This document shows, in pieces, positions 36,510 through 50,200 of a DNA stretch of 64,000 bases. The translations under genes were made by a program, and so were the position numbers. The stretch spans positions 7,084,422 through 7,148,421 of the forward strand of contig NC_092678.1 of assembly GCF_964355755.1 (NCBI RefSeq), written 5' to 3'. Positions within the stretch are counted from its first letter, which is position 1. Every line of letters starts with the position of its first letter. This DNA comes from Antedon mediterranea. Taxonomy: Eukaryota > Animalia > Echinodermata. Under the pieces are notes generated by a model, which saw only the letters and a program-made list of their open reading frames with translations, made no database searches and had not been told where the DNA came from.

Positions 36510-38660
36510 AACATTTGTTTATTCCAAGAAGTGCTTTTTTCATTGCTGAATCTCTCAGTTTCCACTGTACTGTACTGCTTTTGAGTGCTTCTCTCATTGC
36601 TGAATCTCTCAGTTTCCACTGTACTGTACTGCTTTTGAGTGCTTTTCTCATTGCTGAATCTCACAGTTTCCACTGTACTGTACTGCTTTTGAGTGCTTCT
36701 CTCATTGCTGAATCTCACAGTTTCCACGTAGGACTACTGTACTGTTTTGTTTATTCCAAGTGATTTTCCATTGCTAAATCTCTCTTCAGTTCTCACTGCA
36801 CTGTACTACTTTTGTTTATTCCAAGTGCTTTTTCCATTGCAGAAACTATCATCAGTTTTTACTGCACTGTACTTCTTTTGTTTATTCTAAACTAAGTGCC
36901 TTTTCCATTGATGCTGAATCTCTCAGTTTCTACGGTACTGTGTACTGCTTTTGAGGGCTTTTCTTATTGCTGCATCTCTCAGTTTCCACTATATGCCTAC
37001 TGTACTGCTTTTATTTATCCCAAGTGCTTTTTCCATTGCTGAATCTCTCAGTTTGCACTGTACTGTACTGTTTTGTTTATATCAAGTGCTTTTTCCATTG
37101 CTGAATCTCTCAGTTCTCACTGCACTGTCCTTCTTTTGTTTATCCTAAGTGCTTTTTCCATTGCTGAATCTCTCAGTTCTCACTGCACTGTCCTTCTTTT
37201 GTTTATCCTAAGTGCTTTTTTCCATTGCTGAATCTCTCAGTTTCCACTGTACTGTACTGCTTTTGAGTGCCTTTCTCATTGCTGAATCTCACAGTTTCCA
37301 CTGTAGGCCTATTGTACTGCTTTTGTTTATTCCAAGTGATTTTCCATTGCTGAATCTCTCAGTTCTCACTGTACTGTACTGCTTTTATTTATCCCAAGTG
37401 CTTTTTCCATTGCTGAATCTCTCAGTTTTTACTGCACTTACTGTTTTTGTTTATTCCAAGTTATTTTCCATTGCTGAATCTCTCAGTTTTCATTGTACTG
37501 TACTGTTTCTGTTTATTCCAAGTGCTTTTTCCATTGCAGAATATCTCAGTTTTCAATTCACTGTACTGTTTTTGTTTATTCCAAGTGCTTTTTCCATTGC
37601 TGAATCTCTTAGTTTTTACTGAATGTTACTGTTTTTGTTTATTCTAAGTGATTTTCCATTGCTGAATCTCTCAGTTTTCATTGTACTGTACTGTTTTTGT
37701 TTATTCCAAGTGGTTTTTCCATTGCAGAACATCTCAGTTTCCAATTCACTGTACTGTTTTTGTTTATTCCAAGTGCTTTTTCCATTGCTGAATCTTTTAG
37801 TTTTTACTGAACGTTACTGTTTTTGTTTATTCCAAGTGATTTTCCATTGCTGAATCTCTCAGATTTCATTGTACTGTACTGTTTTTGTTTATTCCAAGTG
37901 GTTTTTCCATTGCAGAATATCTCAGTTTCCAATTCAATGTACTGTTTTTGTTTATTCCAAGTGCTTTTTCCATTGCTGAATCTCTTAGTTTTTACTGAAT
38001 GTTACTGTTTTTGTTTATTCCAAGTGATTTTCCATTGCTGAATCTCTCAGATTTCATTGTACTGTACTGTTTTTGTTTATTCCAAGTGGTTTTTCCATTG
38101 CAGAATATCTCAGTTTCCAATTCAAATGTACTGTTTTTTGTTTATTCCAAGTGCTTTTTCCATTGCTGAATCTCTTAGTTTTTACTGAATGTTACTGTTT
38201 TTGTTTATTCCAAGTGCTTTTTCCATTGCAGAATATCTCAGTTTCCAATTCACTATACTGTTTTTGTTTATTCCAAGTGCTTTTGCCATTGCTGAATCTC
38301 TCAGTTTTCATTGTACTGTACTGTTTTTGTTTATTCCAAGTGCTTTTTCCATTGCTAAATCTCTCAGTTTTTACTGTACTGTAATGCTTTTGTTTATTCC
38401 ACAGTGATTTTTCCTTTGTTAAATAATATATCAGTTTTTACTGCTGTACTATATTACTTTTCTTTGCTTTTGTTTATTCCAAGTGTATTTTCTATTGTTG
38501 AATCTCTCAGTTTCCACCTCATTGTATTGCTTTTGCTTATTCCAGTACTTTTTCTGTTGTTGAATCTATCAGTTTTTACTGTACTGCCTGCTTTTGTTTA
38601 ATCCAAGTACTTTTTCCATTGCTCAATCTCTCAGATTTGTTTTTGTTTATTTGAAGTGAT
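36510..38660. repeat. Satellite, 54-63 bp monomer, about 35 copies, with an internal trimeric higher-order repeat
   Basis: Monomer TTGTTTATTCCAAGTGCTTTTTCCATTGCTGAATCTCTCAGTTT...TGTACTG. It accounts for the repetitive ORFs at 36476-38601. Confidence 0.93.
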
Positions 38661-39144
38661 TTTTTTCCACACTGTATACATAATTCAGTTTTAGAAAATA
38701 ATATGAATGTAAATAAATACTGTAGTTATGTTATTCCTTAGGATGATGAACTGGTTTGATAAATAAACGCCTAATGTTTTCAATTCAATTCAATTTCTTT
38801 ATTGCTGCAAATGCCATCAAGGGCTAATATCCGCTTAAACATACTACATCAAACAAACATATACATATTTACATTTAAAATTGTTGTTATCATTACTATA
38901 GTTATTATTGCCATTACTACTGTTGTTGTTGTTATTATAATAATAATTATTATTTATTATTATTGTTATAGTTGTATTTATTATTGTTACTTTATATTGG
39001 GTTTTTTTTCTGATTTTTTATCTTACACCATGTATGCCTAATCGAATTCAACAAATGTACACAAAATTCAATCATTTCTGAAATGTTTTTAAATTATTAT
39101 TAATAGTACGGTGTAGTTGTGTTTTATATTGGCCTATATAGGCC

Positions 39145-39216
39145 TATTTATTTATTACCATATTTACTGAGGGTAGCCTATCCAGTTCCTAATAGAACTG
39201 ATCATTCAGGGCCCTC
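39145..39216 (-). mobile_element. Isolated L2/SINE 3' tail
   Basis: Reverse complement GAGGGCCCTGAATGATCAG...CTGGATAGGCTACCCTCAGTAAATATGGT matches the SINE and LINE tails in this window. Confidence 0.6.
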
Positions 39217-39749
39217 GATAAAACAAACATACAGTACAACACATAAAATATTAAATATTCAAGCCTATGACGTATTTCCGTTAACAAACAAATTAGAATT
39301 TGAGTATGAGGCTTTGATTTTGGTTTATTTCAGTGATTTTATTTATCAATGAGTATCCTGTTAAAAAATGATCATATAAGCAGGAGGAGATCTTTCTTTT
39401 ATTTCATATTATTATTACCGACGATACCACAAAGTCCCATTACACCTGGTACGTAAATTTGAAGAAATTACACTAAAACCGCAAATACACAAAACAACAA
39501 AAAGAGATAAACATGGTATATATATTTATTTATATCTTTAGATTTTAATTTAATATGAATATTTATTTATTTTTAAATAATTATTATATTTGACCGGAGT
39601 ATTTAGTTACAAACATTACAGACTTAAGCAAACATATTGAAAAATACCAACCCAAATATTTAATCATGTATTATTGTATGTCCACTAACCTAACCTGTTG
39701 ATAACAATTACATGTTCCACTTATTTTTCGACCAAAATGTTTGTACCTT

Positions 39750-39925
39750 GTAGAAATAATTTGGATTTCCATTTACACATTTTACTGACGTTACATTCGT
39801 ATAATTACTTTATTTTAACACTCATTTTATAGATCCAGCTTTTGTTGCAAAGTTCAAAAACCAAATATACTGTAGTTGTTGTATTCCTTCATTTTTCTAT
39901 AAGTTTGGATTGTTAAGCATGTGTA
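39750..39925 (-). pseudogene. Decayed duplicate of sialyltransferase exon 45238-45479
   Basis: Colinear similarity with 45290-45465 (TTTACTGACGT, TGTAGTTGTTGTATTCCTTCATTTTT, TTTGGATTGTT.AGCATGTGT) with indels. Confidence 0.75.
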
Positions 39926-40987
39926 AGATAGATAAGGTAAAATAATTTATAACGACATGGGAAAACTACAAAGTATAGCTACAGTTCATTTTGTTTACAG
40001 CAATTTTACTGGTTTGTAAAAATGACTCTCGAATTATGTATCTTGGTGATTAAATTACACGTCATAATGGTATGTTTTGTAACACCTATTGTGTTTCCTG
40101 CATCAGCATTCTACTTCGATTAGCACTCTCAGTGGACCTCCTCACTTATAATCATGCTTTCATTGTTTGTGATATGTTGGCAAATTTCTTTCGGTCTAAA
40201 GTAATTTCTGCTGTATGCACATAATATAAATAAAGGCATTTTTTTTAAATTTCAGCGGTCCTTGGATGTGTTGAGATAAAGAAAAGGTTTCAATTTATTT
40301 ACCTTATCAAATACTGTACATAAAATATAAACAACAAATGATTGTATGGATGACTGTAAGAGCGAGCGAATAAAGTATTTTTGACAACATAAATTATACA
40401 TACGAAGACAGACCGTGTTAATGTCATTTTATTCAATAATACGACGGACGGACGAACAATTCTGGGGCAGACAACATAAAAAAAGTGTCGTCAAAATGAT
40501 GCTGCCCAAACAAATGAAAATGCCCCAATATCAAAAGTAAAACCAACAAGTAAAAGAAAAGTTATATAAGCTAAAAATCAAAAATGATAAAATATATAAA
40601 AATGACAAAAGTCAGGATTACTGACACTACTTAATGATAAAATGTTATATTAGGTCATCCGAATTCAACAAAAGAAAAGGCGCAAGGGGTGGATGCGGGA
40701 TGGTAGATAATTCGTTACTACTCTTATCTGTGGATTGGGCCGCGAACCATTTTAGAAGGGCCGCGGGGTGGCTTGAGAACAAAACAAATGTTTTCCCAGC
40801 ATCGAAAGTTCCTTTATTTTAGCAATACGCAGCTTACAACAAACAGTGAAATTACGAGATGATGAATGATGTTTAATGTTACATATTTATGCTTTATGGG
40901 GTTGGATATTCCGATCATTGTAAACTTACCAAGCGCAATCGATGTGCGACTAAAATTGAATCTTGTGTGTGAACTGTGATGCGACAC

Positions 40988-41416
40988 TTTTATTTTTTTT
41001 ATTTAAACTTTATTTATAGAGGGTAACCCTTCCAGCTGAACCCGCAGGCCAGCTGATATTCAGGGGCCCTCTTAAAAATGACAAAATATATAAAACTATA
41101 CTTAACTAATACGAATCTATATACATTTAAATTTAAAACAATTATATAAAAAATAATTATCCAAAAAAAAAAAAAAAATTCAATTAGACGATAAAATGTG
41201 TTTTTTTAAATTAAATTTAAACGAGTTAATATTGGTACATTCTTTTAAATCAGAAGGTAATACATTATATAAAATACTAGCAGAATATATAAAAGAGCGC
41301 CGGAAACATTCCAATTTAACTTTGGGTACTAGTAAGTCTCCCCTGCAAGCAGCCCTAGTCCTCATAGAGCGTATCGGAACAGTGGAAAATCGTTGGGTGA
41401 TGTATCGAAGGGCAAG
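40988..41416 (-). mobile_element. 3' fragment of an L2-clade LINE
   Basis: ORF2 C-terminus RTRAACRGDLLVPKVKLECFRRSFIYSASILYNVLP...FKFNLK, then a 3'UTR stem-loop (GAGGG...CCCTC) and an A-rich tail. Confidence 0.8.
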
Positions 41417-44204
41417 TCACACTGTGACATGACATACGTTGTGTGCGTTATAAAGGGGAAACCCCCCGAAAGCGCTGATTTTCGGTGGATCATCATTGCA
41501 AGGTTTACCCAATAAAAAATTAAAATGCAATTTCCAGGGACCTACAGGTCCATATTTCACAAACCATGGTGGAGCTGAGGTGGCAGACTATTTTATATTT
41601 GCTTTATTACGCTGATCCAGCTGGGTAGTTGGTCCCGGGAACGGGATTTTAGGAGGCCGCGAAATAAAACGTTTGCGTAACGCTGGTATAAATGATTGCT
41701 AAAAGTACATTATTCTGCAGTAAAAGGATTTTGAATTAGGGAAAATTATTGTTTTATACATGCATTCAATTATTTTTGCAAATTCGATTAAATTAAAAAA
41801 AATTACAACAAAAAGCATGCAATAAAAGAGAAAAATTAAAGCAAGCGATTTTGAAAAGAAAGAAAAAAAAATTGGAACAAAATAATATCGTATTCATTCA
41901 TTTATTTAGTCAAAATAAAATATCGATAGCAATTTACAACAAAAAGGAATAAAAATGAGCAAGGAAATTAAATGAAAATTAAATTAGCATCTACATTGTG
42001 TAATGATACGTACACAACCCTAAGCAAAGAAGAGAAACGTCCGAGCGGTTTATATAAAGTTATCAGACAAAGATGAACATCAAAAATGCAGTAAAGTTAA
42101 AGTAAAAGCATATTTCTTTAATGAACAGGCCCTCTTGCTGACCTGTGTCTGTTCACCTTCATACCAAAACTAAAAAAACAAACTTAAAACATATCATGTA
42201 ACTATTTAAAAACCCACCCTGACTTCTGATTGGCCAACAATATTCCAAGTAGTTTGATAAATTAGCCTTTTTCAAAAATTGAGACAAAATTACCGTTAAC
42301 TTTTGTCTGGGAATTTTTTCTAGGCCACATGGTACCATATGATATGTGTAACTGTAAGAGGAGTAACTAAAGGTTATTGGATAATAACCTCTATAGTATG
42401 AGTTATTATGACAAGTCACGACACGTTAACAAACCTTGAATGGTTGAAAAAAAAACCACTTTTTTACTGATAATGTTAATTTTCTTTTAGTTATTAATTT
42501 TCTTGTCACGATTTTATGCGACACTATGGCACTGATAATAGTTAATGTAAATAAGTGCGTTGGCAATTTTTAATGCGATGATTGTTTGAAAGAATATGCC
42601 CGACATGTTAGAATGTTAATAATAGCGCATTCTAATAATCAAGATTAAAAATAAATCATCTTTAAAAATACAACGCCGTGACATTCATCATCAATATCAT
42701 ACTGTAGGCCTATTTATCACAGCGTCTTGTTAAAACTTTGTTTAACTCTCTTCCTCTTCCGATACATGTTTTAAAATTTTACCTTAAAATATTTTGGTCT
42801 CATCAAACGGAAAATATGAAAACAATTGAAACAGGTGTTAGCCATTTTTTTTCGCATTAATATATTACATTAAATGGGAATTCCGCGCTGCTAAACATTC
42901 TGCTACCCCTTGGTCTATTTTCAACCAGTAGTTAATAATGTCATTATACAAGGCCTTTTATAAGTTCACGAAATTCCTCTTGTCAGTTTGATATTGCCAA
43001 ATCTACGTATGGTTTACCGGTATATCTTCATTTCCCTCTAGTTAATACTTTTCAACTCCAGGAGGTTGGAAGATGCTAGTATATCCTAATATTTTAAGCA
43101 ATATTAACATGGTTATACATTTATACTTAATTCTAAGATGCAACATTTTGTGTAGAAATTATCATCTTGGATGCATACCTTATCTAGTGTATGCAAATGT
43201 CATAGCAATTTAAATTAAACAAGAATATTTCTTACAAAAAACGCTGCTCGCTTATTGTTATTGCTAAGGTCAAGTCTGGGGGTCACTACATCACGCCTAG
43301 ATACTTCAAGTATCCTATTACAAACAAAAACTTCAATGGACTGTTTTGATAATAATTCAATGATTATCTGACAGCGAATTATATCATGGGACTCATAAAT
43401 ACCAGAATGCTTTGGGATTTGTCGTTAGACTCTTTTCTCAGCCGTTTTTGGATTCAACAGGTGGTACCAATAAATTATAGTGGAGTTTCCATTTTAACAA
43501 AAATGTCAAAGTGTAGTACTATAAAGCTGCTTGATTTCATCTAATGAATGAGTCATCTCGTGTGACGTAGCGGGCTAGAGCAGCAGCGTGAAAATAAACA
43601 ATAACATGTAGGGCCTACTGTATACCTATATAAAAAAACACTCGTTTTGTTTGTCTGTCGGTCCTAACACAGTTTCCCTTATTCTTTATAATTATGAGAA
43701 TCTATGAAACTTGTATGTACAAGCATTATTAGTCTGGGTTCCAGACGGAGTTTTGTCTTAATATTAGTAAAAAGATAAATATTTTGGCACATATGGCGTT
43801 TCATACGTATACTACTTGATTTTGGATACTATTTTCAGACAAAAATCGCGGTCGAAATAAAAACAAATAAATTAAAAAAAAGATAATACAGACTTGGGGC
43901 AAATCTAAAGCATTATGTATGCAATGACGAATGTAATGGAAATCTGTCAATTGTTCTTTTGATAATAGCTTCAGGTGACTATGTAACTATACTGTATGTC
44001 ACAAAAAAAGAATTTTATTATTTATTTGTATTTGAGACAGATATTTGTTTACAATTTATGTTTCCATAGAATAATTTTCACTGCAATGTGATCAAATAAC
44101 TAAAAACCTGTTTCTCAAAAACCTGTTAAAAAAATCAGCAGAAACAGGCCATAGAATGAACATTGCTATTCTCCTCTTCTGTGGAACTATATTGTATTAT
44201 ACTA

Positions 44205-47200
44205 TTAATAGCAATCATCAACGTGAAGTTGTAAAATACCTTTACTATGTAGTGTTGCGAGTTCATCAAACTCCTTATTAAAGGCATGAACTACTCTCTT
44301 TAGCTTCACATCTTCGTAGTAATGATAGGATGTCGGACGGTTGTGTATGTCAGTTGAGAACGGCCAAAATCCGTACAGATGAACCTCGTCACAAAACATC
44401 AGCGCTGCCGTGGTTATATAAAAGCCTAAACGACAATAATATTACAATAATGTTAATAAAATAGCGAGTAGTAGGACAAGTATGAGTCTACAAATAGTGT
44501 TTATGAGTGCCATGATGGTCGTATTTTTACGAGGCGCAGCCTAATGATTATAACATTTTATCTTTCACCTGTCACGATTGGATATCTCACGGGGATGTTC
44601 ACAGTTGGCCTTTTTTTTTTCGTACAAAAAACCTGAAAAGACTATTCTCGATGACGTCATTAAGAGTTTAATAGTGTAAGTCTATTAAATATCATGTGAC
44701 CCACAATCCTTCAATCAAATGACAAGAATCTATTTAGGTGTGTTATAATTTCCACTATGTAATATGTTTATTGCGATATCAAAAAGTAGACAAGATCAGG
44801 GGAGAGTTATTTCACTCTTCCTTGACAAGGAAGATCAAACACTATATATAATATTTTGGAAAAAAATTTATAAATGTGAAAAAAAATTAAATTAAAATAA
44901 AAATGTTAGTAGAATACGACTCTTAAAACTCAGAAGCCTTTTCAGAAGGTGTCCATACTTAAACTTTCACATCGCGACCGAAATCGGTCCGGAGCCCTGA
45001 GAAAATTATCGTGGAAAATAGGTTCAGCGTTAAAATATCGTACGATTTGAATCCGTACGTGATTCGGATCAAGAAGCCATTTTTTTTGCCGAAATTGTAC
45101 CATTTTTTTCTTTTGACTAATCAACAATGATCATGAATGACCTCGCTTGACAACGGATAACCGAATTACGTGTTTGCGATGTTTTCGTCAGGGCGCCTAA
45201 CCGAATCCACACGCGATGTGAAAGCAGCTTTACTGACCTGTCGATATCCGGTTACGTATTCCCATATTCGACCAAAAGACTCTTGTCTCTTTAAAATGAT
45301 TCGGATTCCCATGTACAAGGTTTACTGACGTCACATTTGTATTTAGTGCTTTATTTATTCTAACCACCATTTTATAAATCCAGGAAGTTGTAAAGCTTGG
45401 AAACCATATGTAGTTGTTGTATTCCTTCATTTTTTCTATAAATTTGGATTGTTGAGCATGTGTGCGTGCGTAACCATATCTATAAAGACAGATTTATGAA
45501 AAACTTAGCAGAGTGCGGCTACCAACCAGACTGGAGGGCCGTAAGCATAAAAAGTGCGAATTACAGTATACACCTAGAAACTATTGAGAGTTTTGGGCGC
45601 AACATATCGTATGTAGCCTATGTAACATCAGTTAACCATCACGAACGACGGATCATCCGATCTGTCTGTCGCCTTTGATTGATCAACTACTTGTATTTAG
45701 CGTACGTCGTACTTGTCATTGCGTCCTCGTTAACCAAACATTAGACGCAAAGGTTTCATTTATTTAATATATCGTAATCGCAGCACAAGGCTGAAGAAAA
45801 CAATATTACAGTAACATGTTAATGTACACATCAAAAGGACAAAAATTTAAAAATGTACAAATATACAATTTACTACTGCAGTGGTGGTGCCAGCGGGGGG
45901 GCTACGGGGGCTCTAGCCCCCTCGTCGGGGAGCCTAGCCCCCCCCCCCCCCCCGTCGGGGAACACGGGTACTTTTTGTCGGGGAATATAATATACAGTAA
46001 AAAACGTTCGCGTTCACTTCATATAGCTTCAGCGCCTAGAAAACCACGACGTTCCATTGACCGTGAGAGAGTACGTCAGAGGGCTATTATGCACTTTTAT
46101 GCATTCATTTATTGCCAGCGATCTAACTTACTACTAAACATTAGCTAGGTACGCACTTGTCTGGCGGTATCCCTTTGTACGAATCGTTCAACGTTGGGTC
46201 GAGACGCGTGATATCAAGTTCCATCCAGGGACCAAAATGTGTAATGTAGTTATTTTCCAGGCGAAGTTTACCGACGGTTACCGAAGGAAACACGGGTACT
46301 TTTTGTCGGGGAATATAATATACATTAAAAAGCGTTCGCGTTCACTTCGTAGCTAGCTTCAGCGCCTATAAAACCGCGACGTTTCATTGACCGTGAGAGA
46401 GTACGTCAGAGTGATATTATGCACTTTATAAGCACTCATTATTGCCAGCGATCTAACTTACTACTAAACAATAGCTAGGTTCGCTCTTGTCTGGCGGTAT
46501 CCCTTTGTACGAATCGTTCAACGTTGGGTCGAGACGCGTGATATCATGTTCCATCCAGGGACCAAAATGTGTACTGTAGTTATTTTCCAGGCGAAGTTTA
46601 CTGACTGTTACGTCGTGTACTGCGTCGACGTACGCTACACTACAGCAAAAACGAATTATGTTAATTGTTCGTATGTTCACCAATATTTTTAATTTACAAG
46701 TAACATTCTGTACCGTGGGGCACCTAAAATAAATTTTTCATCCATTACTAAACAAAAAAACATGCCATTTTCGCTTAGCCAACATCTTATTATAGCTAAG
46801 TTATTACATTTTCAATGTCCTGTATGTCATGAATTTCTCACCACTCGGAAGTCCAGATGGTACGCACGCATACACTTGGGAGGAATAAACTTATTTCCCC
46901 GACTGAAAAAGGTCTACGCTTGCGTTTTTTAAGCCTCTATGCCTGATGTTTCCGAAGTATAAAATGCAATTTTTTGAAGACCTGCAGCTCTAGTTTTAAA
47001 CAGTTTCTTAGCTCAGCCCCAACAATAAAGCTGGTCATATTTCGAAGTACAGGAAGTGCATTTTCCGGGACCTAACATCTCTATTTTTCAAACATTTCTT
47101 AGCTCAGTCACAACCTTGATAGGGACTTATATATTTTATTTCATGTTTTGAAGTATAATAAGTCCAATTTCCGGGACCTCCAACTCTATTTTTCTAAATT

Positions 47201-50200
47201 TTCTTTGAACTTTTATTTTTTAAATTGAAAAATATGGATTGAAACAGTCATCGCGCATCGTTTTTTTGCACGCAGTATTTTATTTATGCATTATAAAAAA
47301 TGGAAAAAATGGCTACCCTAAATCTGATTAAAATGACCTCAAATGACGCTAGAACGCGTTGCTTCCGGGGGCTTCGCCACCTGGACCCCCACCCTTGGCG
47401 GCCCCCTGGCCCCCAGCCTAGTGATGCTCGCTTCGCTCGCATAGCCCCCTCGTCGGGGAATGTAGCCCCCGCGTCGGGAAGATCCTGGCGCCACCCCTGT
47501 ACTACTGTACTACAGTATAAGACCTAGGTCATAAATAATAGCATGTCATAAATTGTCAATACAGTATTCAGAATTGAGCCCCGATGTATGGAGCGCAAAA
47601 CTGAAGAAAAATGAACACGTAATAAGTTAAGATGATTATACACACCTGGTCTGAATAATAGAAGGATTGACAGTGGTTAAATTACTTTTAACACCAGCAT
47701 CTTCCTGAAATCCATTGATCGGTGGAGCATTACATCTGAAGAGAAATAATAAAATATATACTGTAATAATGTTTGATATTGTAATACTGTAATATTTTTT
47801 CAGATTGAGGTATCACTCTAAAGATACTAAAAATTACAGATAGAAAGAGATTTAGACTATTCAGCAAATAAACGCGAAAAAGTAATATTTGAATGCATAC
47901 TGTTTACTATTTATAACATCTTCAAATACCTTTAATTTATAACTGAATACTGCGAAATTATACTATCTACTTTAACAACAACATTTTTATCCATGATTTC
48001 ACAATCAGTTAAAATAATACTTGTTTTACATTCTGGCCCATTTTTAGTTGCGTTATTGTTTATATCTAGATATATCTTCTATTCCATGGATATGAGTATC
48101 ACCAATCATACCAATTTTGTCAAGCCACTTTCTTTTGACGTGGTTTTAACAAATTATTCAGGTATGGTGAATTTCTCCAGACTGATTTATGGCATAACAA
48201 TCAATACAATGGTGAATAGTACTAATAATAATAGTACCCAGCATTGTAATTTTTATATCTAATATTCTTACTAATACTTTGAGTATTTTGTTTCCGAGTT
48301 AACATATATATACTGTAATATATCGATTATGACTCCGGAATACCTTATACTATCAACTTTACTGAACGTACCGGTATATAATTCATTATTTCCTGCACCT
48401 GCAGTATATTTCTATAGCAACATAACCATCGCCTTTTCATCATTAGAAAAATTATTCATAATTATTATAGCAAAATCACCTGTCGTATAAACATCATCAG
48501 CAAAATACTGCATGTAAAACCATTTATTATAATAGACTGTACAATATCATTAATAAAGAAACAACATAGATCTTGCGGCACCTTTTCCTTCTGGAACACC
48601 AATATTAATTTCTAGTTACTAAACCAATTTACAATTTCATGGAAACCATTATTTGTTTAGCTTATTAGAATTTATTGATCATCTGCGTATCAAAGCACTT
48701 GAGTACGTCTAATAAAGAAGCGAGCCATTACAATTGTCCAAACCAATCATCCATCTATTTGTTCCTGAAGTATTCTCTCACACCTTTGATATGGTTGCTT
48801 ATCAACAAAGAACGATAGGCCTAGGCCTATTTAGTAATTTACAGTACTGAACAAAGATTTATGTCACATGTCAATCTTTCATATGAATTTAGAGTGAATC
48901 CCATTTTTATTATTCTCGTTTTTAATACGACATATAAAGTAGGCCTATCCACACTTCTTAAATTGTATATAACGTATGTTAGTAAACTTCTTAACGTGCT
49001 TTCAGTAGTTCAGGTTTCAACATACGGTAATTTAGTTTTTCTAAATATACAGTAAACCTCTTAACGTAGACATACGGTAGTTTAGTTCTAAATGTACAGT
49101 AAACCTCTTAACGTAGACATACGGTGGTTTAGTTTTTCTAAATGTACAGTAAACCTCTTAACGTAGACATACGGTGGTTTAGTTTTTCTAAATGTACAGT
49201 AAACCTCTTAACTTAGACATACGGTGGTTTAGTTTTTCTAAATGTACAGTAAACATCTGAACGTAGACATACGGTGGTTTAGTTTTTCTAAATGTACAGT
49301 AAACATCTTAACGTAGACATACGGTGGTTTAGTTTTTCTAAATGTATAGTAAACTTCTTAACGTAGACATACAGTGGTTTAGTTTTTCTAAATGTACAGT
49401 AAACCTCTTAACGTAGACATACGGTAGTTTAGTTTTTCTAAATGTACAGTAAACCTCTTAACGTAGACATACGGTGGTTTAGTTTTTCTAAATGTACAGT
49501 AAACCTCTTAACTTAGACATACGGTGGTTTAGTTTTTCTAAATGTACAGTAAACATCTTAACGTAGACATACGGTGGTTTAGTTTTTCTAAATGTACAGT
49601 AAACATCTTAACGTAGACATACGGTGGTTTAGTTTTTCTAAATGTACAGTAAACATAACCTAGACATACGGTGGTTTAGTTTTTCTAAATGTACAGTAAA
49701 CCTCTTAACGTAGACATACGGTGGTTTAGTTTTTCTAAAAAATGTACAGTAAACCTCTTAACGTAGACATACGGTGGTTTAGTTTTTCTAAATGTACAGT
49801 AAACATCTTAACGTAGACATACGGTGGTTTAGTTTTTCTAAATGTACAGTAAACCTCTTAACGTAGACATACGGTGGTTTAGTTTTTCTAAATGTACAGT
49901 AAACCTCTTAACGTATACATACGGTGGTTTAGTTTTTCTAAATGTACAGTAAACATCTTAACGTATACATACGGTGGTTTAGTTTTTCTAAATGTACAGT
50001 AAACATCTTAACGTAGACATACGGTGGTTTAGTTTTTCTAAATGTACAGTAAACCTCTTAACGTAGACATACGGTAGTTTAGTTTTTCTAAATGTATACG
50101 GTATACTTCTTACAGTAGCTTATATAGCTATCTCTTCTGCAAAATTGTATTCTTCAGTTTTGGCTTTAATCAGTTTATTTAAACGTTGGTCAACATTTGG

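Noticed and set aside
36476-38601. Many short Cys/Phe/Leu-rich ORFs
   Set aside because: Translation artefacts of the satellite, with frequent frame changes.
49020-50097. CRISPR-like periodicity
   Set aside because: Head-to-tail repeat with no spacers.
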